NCBI RefSeq assembly: GCF_001194135.2
Contig: NC_068986.1
Coordinates: 3,811,886 to 3,875,686 of the forward strand
Direction of reading: 5' to 3'
Origin: Octopus bimaculoides
Lineage: Eukaryota
Length of the DNA stretch: 63,801 nucleotides
Numbering within the stretch: the stretch's first letter is position 1; each line of letters begins with the position of its first letter. The notes below the pieces were generated by a model. That model was not told the origin of the DNA and did no database searches. It saw only the letters and a list, made by a program, of their open reading frames with translations. This document shows, piece after piece, positions 13,096 through 25,856 of the stretch. Both the position numbers and the translations under genes were made by a program.

Positions 13096-13800
13096 TATAC
13101 ACACACACGCACACACGATAACGTATATATNNNNNNNNNNNNNNNNNNNNNNNNNNNNNNNNNNNNNNNNNNNNNNNNNNNNNNNNNNNNNNNNNNNNNN
13201 NNNNNNNNNNNNNNNNNNNNNNNNNNNNNNNNNNNNNNNNNNNNNNNNNNNNNNNNNNNNNNNNNNNNNNNNNNNNNNNNNNNNNNNNNNNNNNNNNNNN
13301 NNNNNNNNNNNNNNNNNNNNNNNNNNNNNNNNNNNNNNNNNNNNNNNNNNNNNNNNNNNNNNNNNNNNNNNNNNNNNNNNNNNNNNNNNNNNNNNNNNNN
13401 NNNNNNNNNNNNNNNNNNNNNNNNNNNNNNNNNNNNNNNNNNNNNNNNNNNNNNNNNNNNNNNNNNNNNNNNNNNNNNNNNNNNNNNNNNNNNNNNNNNN
13501 NNNNNNNNNNNNNNNNNNNNNNNNNNNNNNNNNNNNNNNNNNNNNNNNNNNNNNNNNNNNNNNNNNNNNNNNNNNNNNNNNNNNNNNNNNNNNNNNNNNN
13601 NNNNNNNNNNNNNNNNNNNNNNNNNNNNNNNNNNNNNNNNNNNNNNNNNNNNNNNNNNNNNNNNNNNNNNNNNNNNNNNNNNNNNNNNNNNNNNNNNNNN
13701 NNNNNNNNNNNNNNNNNNNNNNNNNNNNNNNNNNNNNNNNNNNNNNNNNNNNNNNNNNNNNNNNNNNNNNNNNNNNNNNNNNNNNNNNNNNNNNNNNNNN

Positions 13801-13859
<59 letters not shown>

Positions 13860-13869
13860 CACATAAATA

Positions 13870-13965
13870 CGACAAGCTTCTTCCATCTACCAAATCCACT
13901 CACAAGGCTTTGGTCGGAACCATGTGGTTGGTAAGCAAGCTACTTGCCACACAGCCAGTTCTTCT
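13870..13965 (-). mobile_element. SINE family B fragment with internal deletion
   Basis: ctaccaaatccactcacaaggctttggtcgg joined directly to aaccatgtggttggtaagcaagctactt (head). Confidence 0.85.
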
Positions 13966-14105
13966 ATAATGGTCTTCCAATATAAACTCAGCAACTTAAT
14001 GCTGGTGTGCGATACAGAAACAAATGTTGGGATCTACTATTAAAACCTGTTATCCTCCATCCTTGTTTTATATTGTCCTTTTATGTATATATATATATAT
14101 ATATA

Positions 14106-14400
14106 TGCAAATAGAGGAATTTATCTGTAAAAATATGAAATATGTGACACTTATTCATTAGCCATGATAAAACTCCGAGATTCGGATGCCAGGGTGGGAA
14201 CCCACGCCAACATCTCTTCAGTTATCCGGCCAATTGAAAATTCCTGTGAAAAATGACCGTTAAAAACAAAGGGAAATTACTGTGTAGTGACAAGGTCAAA
14301 ACTATTATTTAAAACTCGGAATTTTATCATGGCTACTGAATAAGTGTCACATATTTTTACAGATAAATTCCTCTATTTGCATAATATCGAGGTCTCTTTC
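14106..14400. mobile_element. MITE with about 70-bp TIRs
   Basis: tgcaaatagaggaatttatctgtaaaaatatg..gccatgataaaactccgag (14106-14179) inverted at 14315-14381; left end merges into (TA)n. Confidence 0.88.
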
Positions 14401-14444
14401 TTTCTTTTGTTGTCTTTCCTATCAATATATATATATTGATAGGA

Positions 14445-15484
14445 AGGTCAAAATACAACAATAATAATGATAAAATGAATGTATATATATCAACCAACAA
14501 TAAATAACAAATGAATTTATATAAAAATATTTATTATATCAAGAAAGAAAAATGTTTAACAATATTATTAAAATAAATGTAATACTAATAATAAATTAAT
14601 TTATATAAACAATAAATAAAAGAAAAACATTTAACGAAATTATTGATAGATAAGTTTTGTATTTCTTTTCAATAATTTTGTTATATGTTTTTCTTTTATT
14701 TATTGGTGATATAAATACTTTTATATAAATTAATTTATTATTTTTGTTAGTTTATATTATAATAAACGTAAAGTTAATAATATAACGTTTATAATTTTAG
14801 TTTAACCTAAAAGTTCGTTAAGATAAATATTGCATTTATTTTTTCAATGCCACTGTTAAAATGTTTTTCTTTTATTTATTGGTAAAATAAGTATTTTTTA
14901 TATAAATTCACTTGTTATTTATTGTTAGCTGATATACTATTTAACGCTAAGTTAACAGCATAACGTTTAACATTTTAGTTTAAACCAAAACTGCAATAAG
15001 ATTAGTGTTGCATTTTTTTCAATAATATTGTTCAATATTTCTCTTTGATTTATTGGTAAAATAACTATTTTTAGATAAGTTCATGTATTGTTAGTTTATA
15101 TTCTAGTAAAACGCAAAGTTTATAGTATAACGTTTAATTTGTATTTTAAACGAAAGATTCGTTAAGATAAGCTTTGTATTTATTTTGATAATATTGTCAA
15201 ATGCTTTTCTTTTATTTATTGGTGAAATAAATATTTTTATATTAATTCATTTAATATTTCTGTTAGTTTATATTCTAATAAATGTAAAGTTAATAATGTC
15301 ACGTTTATAATTTTAGTTTAACCTAAAACTTCGATAAGATAAGTATTACATTTATTTTTAATAATATTGTTAAACATCTTTCTTTCTTGATATAATAAGT
15401 ATTTTCATATAAATTCATTTGTTATTGATTGTTGATTGATATATATACATTCATTTTATTATTATTGTTGTTGAATGTTGACCT
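14445..15484. mobile_element. Foldback-like AT-rich element: about 145-bp inverted ends plus about four internal 175-bp tandem units
   Basis: Ends aggtcaa..ttgacct; 14445-14590 inverted at 15340-15484; unit ttcttttatttattggt..gttagtttata..aacgtttataattttagtttaacctaaaa recurs near 14690, 14865, 15040 and 15210. Confidence 0.8.
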
Positions 15485-15802
15485 CAAAATTAGATATGTT
15501 TTTGAATAGAATTGATTTTCGATCGATTTAATCGATTTGATTATATTTTATTTTCTATTTGAAAATTTGGTTTTGAAACACGTGTAGTCGTTTTATTATT
15601 TTAATGATCATTACTTTGTATTTTATTATAGTTCTTTTAGTGTATTTAATTATTAATTTTTTCTATATGTGACTGTAGATTTTCATGGATGAGTTCATGA
15701 ACTTTCTAAATTATATATCTATATATTATATACTGTGAAACTTAATATAATTTTTGATAAATTTACCTGTAAATTTGGATTTTTATCCCTAATATTATTA
15801 TC

Positions 15803-15844
<42 letters not shown>

Positions 15845-16369
15845 TTGAAATAATTATCTTCGTTCTTTAACAGAAGGGGTTTGGATATATATATAGCTAC
15901 GCACACACACACACACATACACACACATACACAAACACACGCATGCACACACATGTATATTTAAAATAATCCATTGTTTCTATCTATCATGTATATAGGA
16001 ATTCCACGCTTTACAGAAGCAATGTGTTCTTGAAAATCCGGCCGTAAGACGAAATTCTGTAATGCGAAATTAATTTTCCCCATTGATTTTCTTATCATCA
16101 AGTGAGATTGCATTCCTACTGATAGTTTCAATTTAAAAAAAGCGCAGAAAAACAACAGAGAACAAGCAACCCGATCATCTTTATGCATGAAAATAACTAT
16201 TTCTAAACAAACACGATAGAGTATAGATAAATAACAAAACAAAGAAGTTACCTCAAAAGATGTTGACTACTCTTTGGGGTGAGGTGGCGGAATGAGCGTT
16301 ATTAGGAGGAATAGAGACAATATTTACTATCTTATGGTTCATAATCATGAACATGAGATTGAGAAGTGA

Positions 16370-18060
16370 ACCTCTTATCCACAGTTGTTTGTTGTTTACG
16401 ATGCAACATCCCTTTGTACAGCTCAATATAGGAAGTTAGTTCATTCTAAACTTCACTTGTAATTTTTATACTATGTTCACGATTAGTATCATTATCAACA
16501 AAATCCTGCAGACCTCCCTCTATAAGTGTCAACGCTTTAACAATAAATTTTATTGTCTGGTTAAGTGGTGTAGAAGCTTGTTCTTTTTCTAACAATATCA
16601 GCTCCTCCTAACTTTCTCTCTGACACATTTACAACTCAATAACATCACCTTGTATAACTTTTTTAACTCCTATGTCCTTTGTAAGTGTCACAATATATTT
16701 TCAAATTTAGTGTAGACTTTCTACTTGAGGAAAATTTGTAATGTCACGGATACAATCTGGCCATATACTTTTTCAAGCATTATTCAAGGTTGACGGTTTA
16801 ACTTTATATGACTCAGTTATGTTACCTACAGCATCCAATGCGTTCAATTTCTTTTAAAAATCTCTAACTGTAGGTTTATCCTCCTTCCAGTTACTTTCAT
16901 AAGTTCTTTGAAAGTTATATAATATGACTTGAAGTTAGCTGTCACACTTTGATCCATTGGCTGGAGCAAAAAAGCGGCTTTCTTGGGGATACATTCGACT
17001 CTCACATTATCAGAAAGGTCATCTAAATGTCAGTTAGATGGCCGGGTATATTGTCTAAAAGAAGCTATGCTTTGTTGGACATAGTATGTCTGGCAACGTA
17101 CTTTTCCACCGCAGGACAAACAACGTTTGTAAACAACCCTTTGAAAAGGTTCTTAACCATCTATACTTTCTTATTTGAACACCAAATCAGAGGTAGAGTA
17201 CACTTCGTGTAACCCTTGAAAGCCCTTAGATTTTCGAAGTGACACACACATAGGGACTTTAATTTCATATGCCAGCAGCGTTTCCTCCCAAAAGAAGTGT
17301 CAGACTAGTTTTGGAAGCTTTAAATCATAGTGTTGGTTTTTCTTTCTCGAGAAATAAAAGTTCTAGCAGGCATGTACTTACAGAAAAGCGCAGTCTCATA
17401 GCATTGTATACTTGCTCTAGTGTGTATCCCTGTTCAGCTATTATTTTCTTCAGCTTCCCAGGATAATTTGTAGCAGCCACTGTATCAGCACTCGCAGTTT
17501 CACCAGTTAATTTTACGTTGTGTTAATTCATGTATTTCTTAAGCCTTTCAAACTTGCCTTTACTAGGGCTTTCATTAGAAGTTTCCCCTTCTATTTTCTG
17601 CAAATTTTCATTGCTCCTTTTTGAATTATTACCGTGTTTATCTGTAAATTAGCCTATTCTGATCCTCGGTTNNNNNNNNNNCAAACTTGCCTTTACTAGG
17701 GCTTTCATTAGAAGTTTCCCCTTCTATTTTCTGCAAATTTTCATTGCTCCTTTTTGAATTATTACCGTGTTTATCTGTAAATTAGCCTATTCTGATCCTC
17801 GGTTCATATACTCAAGAGTTGTTCCATTTTAAGCACTACATTAATATATGGAACAATAAAGTTCGGACAGTTAACGGAGCAGCTTCTTGAGCACCTGATG
17901 TAATTTTATCCCTGTTGTTACGTATTGTTCCCACTGTAAACAATGTAAGATTTAATATTTTAATAATATAACTTCGCATCAATCTTTTAAAAATATCAAT
18001 TTTAATATCCGCTGTAACTCTTTTATGGTTCATTTTGGTACAACTAACTTCAGGTCTACA
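16370..18060 (-). pseudogene. Decayed Tigger/pogo transposase (HTH-psq, CENP-B HTH, DDE_1)
   Basis: Minus-strand pieces: KRVTADIKIDIFKRL..NLTLFTVGTIRNNRDKI; HNVKLTGETASADTVAA; LLLGGNAAG; LLLDNIPGH; LQPMDQSVTANFKSYY; KSIWPDC. Many stops and frameshifts; TIRs not identified. Confidence 0.9.
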
Positions 18061-18705
18061 GGATACTTTCTTTCCAAACATCTTAAATTAAAGACAACTC
18101 CAACAGCAGCGGCGAGTAACTATCCACAATAAATATGTGGTAAAAAAAAATTGTCCCAGCAAAGATCTGGTTTGTGAGAGCGGAAAATTGTCCTATTCAT
18201 ATTGATGCAATGATGAAAATGAGAAGAAAAGGGGAAGGACTGAGAAAGAGAAAGTACTATATGATTACAGTTAGCTGAAAAGACACCAGATTTTATAGCA
18301 ATTCGCCCCTTGTACCTTCTAACTTAAGACATAAACACACTCACACGCACGCACCTCCCACACAACCACACACACACACACACACACACACACAAGCAAT
18401 CATGCACATTTGTGTTGGTGTACATGTTGATATCTGCTGTAGCTAGTTGAATTCAAAAGTTAGTAGTCGACAGTAGTGATGATGTAGGTTGCATTGATAA
18501 AGATGTTTGTGATAGTGGACGCGTATTGTTAGTGGTGTGGTGGTTATATTGTTATTGAAAATTGTATTGTTGTGGCTGTGTAGTCTTAAGTCAATCCTCA
18601 CTGACCAAAGATCAAAGACATTTCATCCCAAATTTTAAAATACACTAGGACACCACCCAATATTCTTTTATTTGAAATACATTTGCTTATCTACTTCATA
18701 CTATA

Positions 18706-19048
18706 CAGGGTTATTCAAAACAATGAACCGATTTCATTACGCAATATCTTAATAAGGAAAAGCGATGAAAACTCCAGCTAAGTCCCAAGTATTTACTCAC
18801 AATAAACTTTTATTCTTGTCTTACAAGTGTTCAATGTAGCCACCACCTACAGCACGGGCAACATCAATGCGATAAGGGAATTCTTCCCCGAACACTAACC
18901 AACAAAAAACTAATTCCACTCAGTTCGCTTTGTGAATGTCCAATTGGATAGACTCCGATGCAGCTGCATAAATAACAGTCAGAAGTGGCAGCTGTAACTA
19001 CTAGTAGTCTGTAGAGTAGAGACACATTCAGGTCATTATAATACGCTG
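18706..19048 (-). mobile_element. Internally deleted Tc1/mariner-superfamily element
   Basis: TA-flanked ends cagggttatt.. and ..taatacgctg; retains a transposase C-terminus EEFPYRIDVARAVGGGYIEHL* on minus (18823-18888). Confidence 0.7.
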
Positions 19049-20294
19049 TAAAAAATTATAAAATAAGAGAAAATGCATTCATTGTTCGTGACGTCTACAG
19101 TGAGATCGGAAGTGAATGTATTCATATATATTCTTAACATACACTCGTGTCGTGGGCGTCTGACCCGCCTAGATACGTTAAAATAAATATTGAAATGTTC
19201 ATTCTCGATCTCCCTATGCATGGCACAAAGATGTTTTTCTTTTTATCAGTTGGAAGAAATAAGCGCCGGCCAGGAAATAATTTTCGCTACAAACATAAAC
19301 ATAGTCAGCAGATTTGGATAGTCTTCCGGCTACTTCTGGCTGACGATACATACATACATACATACATACATACATACACTGTCTGAAGTGTATTTCAGTA
19401 TTTTATGAAGTTATTTATTTATTGCATTTTTACACTTGTTTCGGTGACCATCCCATGGCAGATTACATTACTGATTTACTTCTCCAATGGTCGATAAATA
19501 CATCATCAGTATTTGCTATTAAAACATATTCACATACATATGTACACGTGCGTGCGTGTGAGTGTGTGTGTATGTGCATGTGCGTGTATGTATATATANN
19601 NNNNNNNNNNNNNNNNNNNNNNNNNNNNNNNNNNNNNNNNNNNNNNNNNNNNNNNNNNNNNNNNNNNNNNNNNNNNNNNNNNNNNNNNNNNNNNNNNNNN
19701 NNNNNNNNNNNNNNNNNNNNNNNNNNNNNNNNNNNNNNNNNNNNNNNNNNNNNNNNNNNNNNNNNNNNNNNNNNNNNNNNNNNNNNNNNNNNNNNNNNNN
19801 NNNNNNNNNNNNNNNNNNNNNNNNNNNNNNNNNNNNNNNNNNNNNNNNNNNNNNNNNNNNNNNNNNNNNNNNNNNNNNNNNNNNNNNNNNNNNTAAATAT
19901 ATATATATGTGTGTGTGTGCGTGTATGTATGTATGTATCTGTTTGTGCTTCACTGCGTGGTGCGTGTGTGGGCATGTATGCTTGCGCGCACTACATAAGT
20001 GCATCTTTGTATTTTCGTGTATAATATGGTGTTTTTATCATATCTAAAATACATTTATACAAATATCAAACATCACACATCTATATGTATACGCATATAT
20101 AGCCGGTGTTAAAACGGGGGTAGCTGATGAAGGAAAATGTTCTCTATGTGGCTTGTGTGTTTTCTGTACTCTGGTTATTATTATTTTCTTGTCTACGTTT
20201 TGTTTGCAATGTCCTGTACCCAGATATGCACCTATATATACAGGTAGACGTAGGTATACACATACCTGTACGTATATATGCGTATACTCATTTA

Positions 20295-20990
20295 TTATTT
20301 GTTTATATATATATAGTTAATATTTTCGTCTTTAAGTTCCCATATCCTACGTGATAAGGAAGTGCTATTAGCCTTATGTCTGAGTCTAAATGATGACCTA
20401 TGATTATAGAACCTAGATTTCCAGAAGGATGAGCAACCAGGGTAGGTGAGAGTATTCGCTTCCGTAATTATTTCACAAGAGTAGACTATGTTCTTTGCTA
20501 GGAAGTTTCCACGCAAAGGACATGTTGTTGTTACACAATTGCACCCAAATTTATAATTGCCAGGCCGTCTGATACTTGCACGTGGAGGGTAAATGTTGAT
20601 AGAATTCTTATCTTGGTTACTTCTAGGGTAGTTAGAATCTACGCCTACACTGTCGTTACTATTATTGTTATTACTAACTCTGTTCTTTCTGTCGTCAATA
20701 CTGGTGCTAGATCTATTAGCCGTATCAACATTATTATCAATTATATTGGTATTGTGACTAGCATAATTATTGTCGTAATTACTGTTTGAGGTGGAACGGG
20801 TTATTCTATTAGGAGTAGCAGTAGCGTCATTCAACGCAGCAGTACTATAGGGTGCGCCAATTATCTGTGTTGTGTCTGGGTTTAGTGGTTCATCTAGTAT
20901 ACTGTAATTCGATATTGGGATAGGGTTATTGGGCCTAACACTGTTGCTATTTTTATGTGACGGACGGAGGCGAATACTGTATCTTATTTA
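20295..20990 (-). pseudogene. PLE-1 Asn/Ser-rich linker plus GIY-YIG endonuclease, 3'-truncated at an AT repeat
   Basis: Frame open from about 20990 to 20295; Cys linker CNCVTTTCPLRG precedes the GIY-YIG motifs. Confidence 0.88.
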
Positions 20991-23900
20991 TAATGCTTTT
21001 GATTTGTAAGATGTAATAAATAATATTATTTCTTAAGTAAGAAGCTATGATGGTAAACTCGTCACTTATAACTTAATTATAAGTATTTATCAACATCCAT
21101 AACTCTTGATTCAGGCTGAGTAAATGTTATGATGAATTATACACATCAAGACGCTGAACGTGCGTTTAATGCGTGCATGTATGTTGAAGATATGGATTCG
21201 TATTCTTTCAACAGTTACATAAAAAAATACAGTTTCATAAATACAAAAATAAATTTAACAAGTTGAAAGAACGCGAAGTAAAAGAAAATTATTTCTAAAT
21301 TATTTCATTTACGTATATTAGTATTAATATTACAATGGAAAGTAAACATTTTGTTATAGTTATTATAACTTAAAATCTATACTAACGTTCACAACAATTC
21401 AATCTTGTTGGATTTGAGTAATAAACATGGCATGAAGATTAGCCGATACTCGAAAGAATGAGTGCCGTGGCATTGAGTAACAACCAACGAACACCAGAGA
21501 TTGAGTGTCATGAATTTGAGGGACAGCCAACGATCACTGAATAATTTCCCAAAAAATCAGGGTTTTTATAACTGCTCATACACGAATTCTATGAACCGTA
21601 CTTCGTGAAAGATTTCTTTAATGAGAGTTTAGAATTCGTATATGGGCAGTAATTTTAAACCAATGAGAAATCAACAATTTCTCCTGTTCGGGCAAACGAA
21701 CCTATGTTCTCTCTCCGCCTCTCATGAGTTTGCTACACTATCATTACAATTACTATAATTACTACCATTACAAACAATGTTATTACTATCAGGATCATTA
21801 CTATAGTAATTACTCTTCCTGTTATTATTATTATAGGTATTGTTACTATTATTAATATGGACACTGTTGCTGTTAATACTAAAATCATTATTTAATGATC
21901 TGCTACCAGTTGCATCTACGCTGCTAACCAGGTGGTTATAGACCATAGGTGTCGGATTAATAACTTGTTTATTGATATTAATTTGGATACTATCATTATT
22001 AGTTCTTGGATTATTGGGGTTAGGGTGATTATTATTGTTTGCTCTTAATCTAGCTTTTTTTTATTCTGGTTTTATTATGTTTAGATATGAGGCATTTCAT
22101 ATTGGGGAGAATCGAATATGAGATTCTAATAGTTTTAGTGGAAAGAATACTGCTATATTTATGAGTGGGTGGAAAGTTATTGGATATAATTGAAAATATT
22201 TTCTTGCATAATTTTCCTGTAACTGCTACATTATATGGTATGTTATATCATATATAGTTGCGTAATTTACAGCTCTTACGTTTAGGAATTCTTTTATTGT
22301 TAATATTACGCCTATCGGTAGGATTTTCCCTAACTGAATTTTTATCGGTGTGATTTCTTTCTTTATGTTTTTTTTATATCTTAACCCCATTTGTATTTAT
22401 GCTGGTTGTATCTGTGCTTTTATTAGACCTATTTACTTTACCTCCGTTCAAAGAACCAACTCTAGAACCTCTAATTTGTTTATATGACGGAGCTTTACTA
22501 ATGATGAATGCTTTGAGTGGTTTATCCTTTAAGTTTTTAACAAAGGAGATTTTCTGGTAGTACCCAGCGTTTGAGAGGGTTTAATTATAATGATGAGCAT
22601 GATCACTAAAAATATTTTCGTTTGAGGATAACTTAGGTAGTCTATCGGAAACAGCCTGGATTGTGGTATTAATTATACAGGGCGGGTGATTAGATAATGT
22701 GCCAATAACTTGTGGTTTCTTCTGGCTTTCTATAAAGGTAGTGAAGGCCTTTATCTATGTCTAATGTAGCATCTAAAAAATTAACTAACTTAGTGTTGGT
22801 CATGAATTCAAGTTTCAGTTTAAATGATTTTCTTTCTAAGGTACTTTTGCTATTGGTAGGGTATATGAATAGGGCGTCATCTCTGTATAGACCCCCCCCC
22901 CCGAGAATAGCCTCTTAAGTAGAAAGGCCCCGACTAAGTCAGTCACCTGAACTTAGTCGCTCGAGCCCATAGCCACATCGAAGTTATCAGGGGTATCCGA
23001 CCTAGTCCAAAGCTTACCCTCGAATTCAATTATTGTCTTCCTAGCTAAGAGTATGATGTCAATTTTTTCTCTATCTATAAGTGCAAGGTTACGAGCATAT
23101 ATTAGGGACTTATTCAATAAAATTGGAGAAATACTTGCGTAGTAATTCGATATGTCGAATTGTATAAATGAGTAATTGTTCCTACATGTAATAGACTTGA
23201 ACCAACTTAAAACATCATCAGTGTTAACCCATATGTTGAGCGGAATGTGAGGCTTAATCCGGGGAATTACTGAGTCCAGAATGGTCTTACTAAGCCTGCC
23301 TATATCCGACTTGGTTGGGCATATTTGCCTCACTGCTATGTTTTCCAGGAATCCTTTTTTGTGGTCTTTAATATTAATCGCGGTTCCTGAGGGATGAGAG
23401 GTTCAGTCCTTTCCAGTAGATCCAGCTTGGCCATTACTTCTTTGATTTTGTAGTTGATTTTGTTCAGGTTTTCTATTGAAGTAACCTTATATTTCTTATG
23501 TAGCTCCTTCATTATGAGTGGTTTATAAGTATTATAGTCTAATCTATACCAATTACCGGTTTTGTCGGCAGGTATAATTAGACTTTCTTCATTTTTAAGT
23601 GAGTATATAAACTACTTTAAATTCCTCAAGTGGTTGTTCATAAAGGTGTTATGCTTTCTAAATTTGATTTTTCCAGTAAATTCAAGGATGTCTTTCTCGA
23701 AATTCTCTAATGCATAGTTCGGTGGAGGGTTTCTTCTACTTTTGAAAACTTTTTTATATACCATGTCATCCTGGTTACTGTTTGAGCTATGTTTTTCCCT
23801 ATTATCAAAGTGGTAAGCGACCCATCTAATCCTTCTAAGGAAATCCGTAGTCCTATGGATAAGAGACGCCATATATGTGTCTTCGGTGTGTAGTGGGATG

Positions 23901-24260
23901 TCTTTGGGAGAGAAATTGGTGTTAATCCTTTGTTTCATTGTTTATTCATCAAGTATTAAAGGTTGCCGTGGGTATGTAAAATCCAATCAAAAGGACAACG
24001 TGAATCACGTAGGTACTGTAAGTTTAGAGGTAATACTTGATAAGTGTAAGCACCTGTATATGCCAGATAGTGGCAGAGGTGAGAGAATATATCAAACAGA
24101 ACACAAAGGATATCGCGGTACGTGTTTCAAGCTTCATAAACAATCTGTTATTACATCAGCATAGGTATATTATTGATATAGAAGATGGTTTAAAGCTATC
24201 TTCAGCCGCACACATTGTTAGTCCAAAGATTACTCCACAAACGAAAAAGAACACTTAGTA
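20310..24260 (-). mobile_element. Penelope-like retroelement PLE-1 (RT + C-terminal GIY-YIG), near full length, decayed
   Basis: N-term FLRRIRWVAYHF (23612..23938); RT PTKSDIGRLSK, FIQFDISNYYASI, FDVAMGSSD (22953..23333); GLYRDDAL at about 22868-22894; NFLDATLDI; thumb YNIPYN..RISYSILPNMK; EN CNC..CPLRG..NIVY..YPG..KSRFYNHRSSF..LSRRIWELK (20295..20834). Confidence 0.93.
24110..24215 (-). ncRNA. Type-I hammerhead ribozyme candidate in the PLE-1 5' repeat
   Basis: Minus strand: gcgg-CTGAAGA-[long hairpin]-GAAA-cac-GTA-ccgc; stem I gcgg/ccgc extendable; stem II agctt/aagct, aaaccatct/agattgttt, tatatca/tgatgta; U-U at the first stem II pair. Confidence 0.6.
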
Positions 24261-25026
24261 TTACCCATTATAATAGGTTTATCACGTCCCTTTAAAAAGT
24301 TATGTTTGTATAAAGGTTCGTTGGATTTCAAAAATCTGCCCATACTGTACCACTATTCAGCATACAGTGAATGTTAAATAGATTGGATTGAGTTTATATT
24401 TAACTAGCGTGTATAAGATAGAAAGAAAAGATAAAAGGTGAAAAATAAAAGTAATAGAAGACAAAGCAAGAGTAATAAAAGTAAAAATAAGGATAATATA
24501 TATATATATGTGTGTGTGTGTGTGTATTTCTATATATTCATACATATATGTTCACACGCACACATGCACACACGCGCATGCAGAAACACACGCATACACA
24601 CACGCACGTACAGAAACACACACAAAACGCACACACATACACACACACAAATCACAGACACGCCCCCCACAAAACACACACGCGCACGCAAAGCACACAC
24701 ATACACAACTACACGGGAGTGTTTTCATAAGTGTTAGATAAGGTAATCAGAGATACGAAGGAGTTCATGCGTGAGGGAGATATTGGAAGAAAGCAGGAAT
24801 AATCGAAGAACAGGAAGAAAGAAAGAAGGAAAGAAAGAGAGAGAGAAAGAGAAAGAGAGAAAGAGAGAGAGAGAGAGAGCTAGAGAGAGCTAGTGAGAGA
24901 GAGAGAGAGAGCGAGAGAGAGCGTGTGAACAGACTGCTATACAGAAAGTCAAGAGGCGTGGGTTACTTGTTTACCTAAGAGTCATTATTCTAAAACCTAA
25001 AAGATCTGTTCATGTGATGTTGGTTA

Positions 25027-25429
25027 GGCGCAGGAGTGGCTATGTGGTAAGTAGCTTGCTTACCAACCACATGGTTCCGGGTTCAGTCCCACTGCGTGGC
25101 TCCTCGGGCAAGTGTCTTCTATTATAGCCTCGGGCCGACCAAAGCCTTGTGAGTGGATTTAGTAGACGGAAACTGAAAGAAGCCCGCCGTATATATGTAT
25201 ATGTATATATATATATGTATGCCTTTGTGTGTCTGTGTTTGTCCCCCTATCATCGCTTGATGACCGATGGTGGTGTGTTTACGTCCCCGTAACTTAGCGG
25301 TTCGGCAAAAGAGACCGATAGAATAAGTACTAGGTTTACAAAGAATAAGTCCTGGGGTCGATTTGCTCGACTAAAGGTGGTGCTCCAGCATGGCCGTAGT
25401 CAAATGACTGAAACAAGTAAAAGAGAGAG
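25027..25429 (+). mobile_element. Full-length tRNA-derived SINE family B (octopus OK/OR-type) with internal (TA)/(TG) tract
   Basis: Head ggcgcaggagtggctatgtggtaag, B-box ggttcagtccc, core gggcaagtgtcttct..ccaaagccttgtgagtggattt, tail gcatggccgtagtcaaatgactgaaacaagtaaaaga. Confidence 0.92.
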
Positions 25430-25564
25430 TAGTTATATCTTAAAAATAAATCTGTTTCCAGTAATTTTCGCATTGTGAATTGTTGGACACCGTAAACATC
25501 ATGACGTATTTACGCATATACATAGTTAAATATAATGAGAGGAACATATACTAGATATTCATTT

Positions 25565-25740
25565 GAACTCTAAGAATAGGGCCAGAAATTTTTATGGGAG
25601 GGGGTTTAGCCGATTACATCTACCCCCCCCCCCCCAGTGCACAGCTGCTGCCTCTTACACCGAACCCGAAAGGGATGAATGTCGACTTCGGTAGAATTTT
25701 AAACTCAGAACGTAAACACGGACGAAACGCCGCTAAGCAT
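25565..25740 (-). mobile_element. SINE family A
   Basis: Reverse complement of body and B-box (aaactcagaacgta..ccgctaagcat). Confidence 0.82.
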
Positions 25741-25856
25741 TTCGTGTTGAATTAACATAAAAAATAGTTTTGTGATTGTGTTTTGTCTTTTTTTTTTGTA
25801 GCTTTGTTCTTCCTCTACAAATTCTGTTTATCGTTTTTGAAATTTGAATAAGACAT

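Noticed and set aside
14690-15380. CRISPR-like array
   Set aside because: Eukaryotic context; 175-bp degenerate units without unique spacers; no cas genes.
17550-17802. Exact 120-bp tandem duplication inside the Tigger element
   Set aside because: Identical copies flank a 10-N gap; typical unmerged contig overlap.
22930-22960. In-frame stop in PLE-1 RT as possible selenocysteine recoding
   Set aside because: The stop is TAA, not TGA, and the ORF has several frameshifts; ordinary decay.
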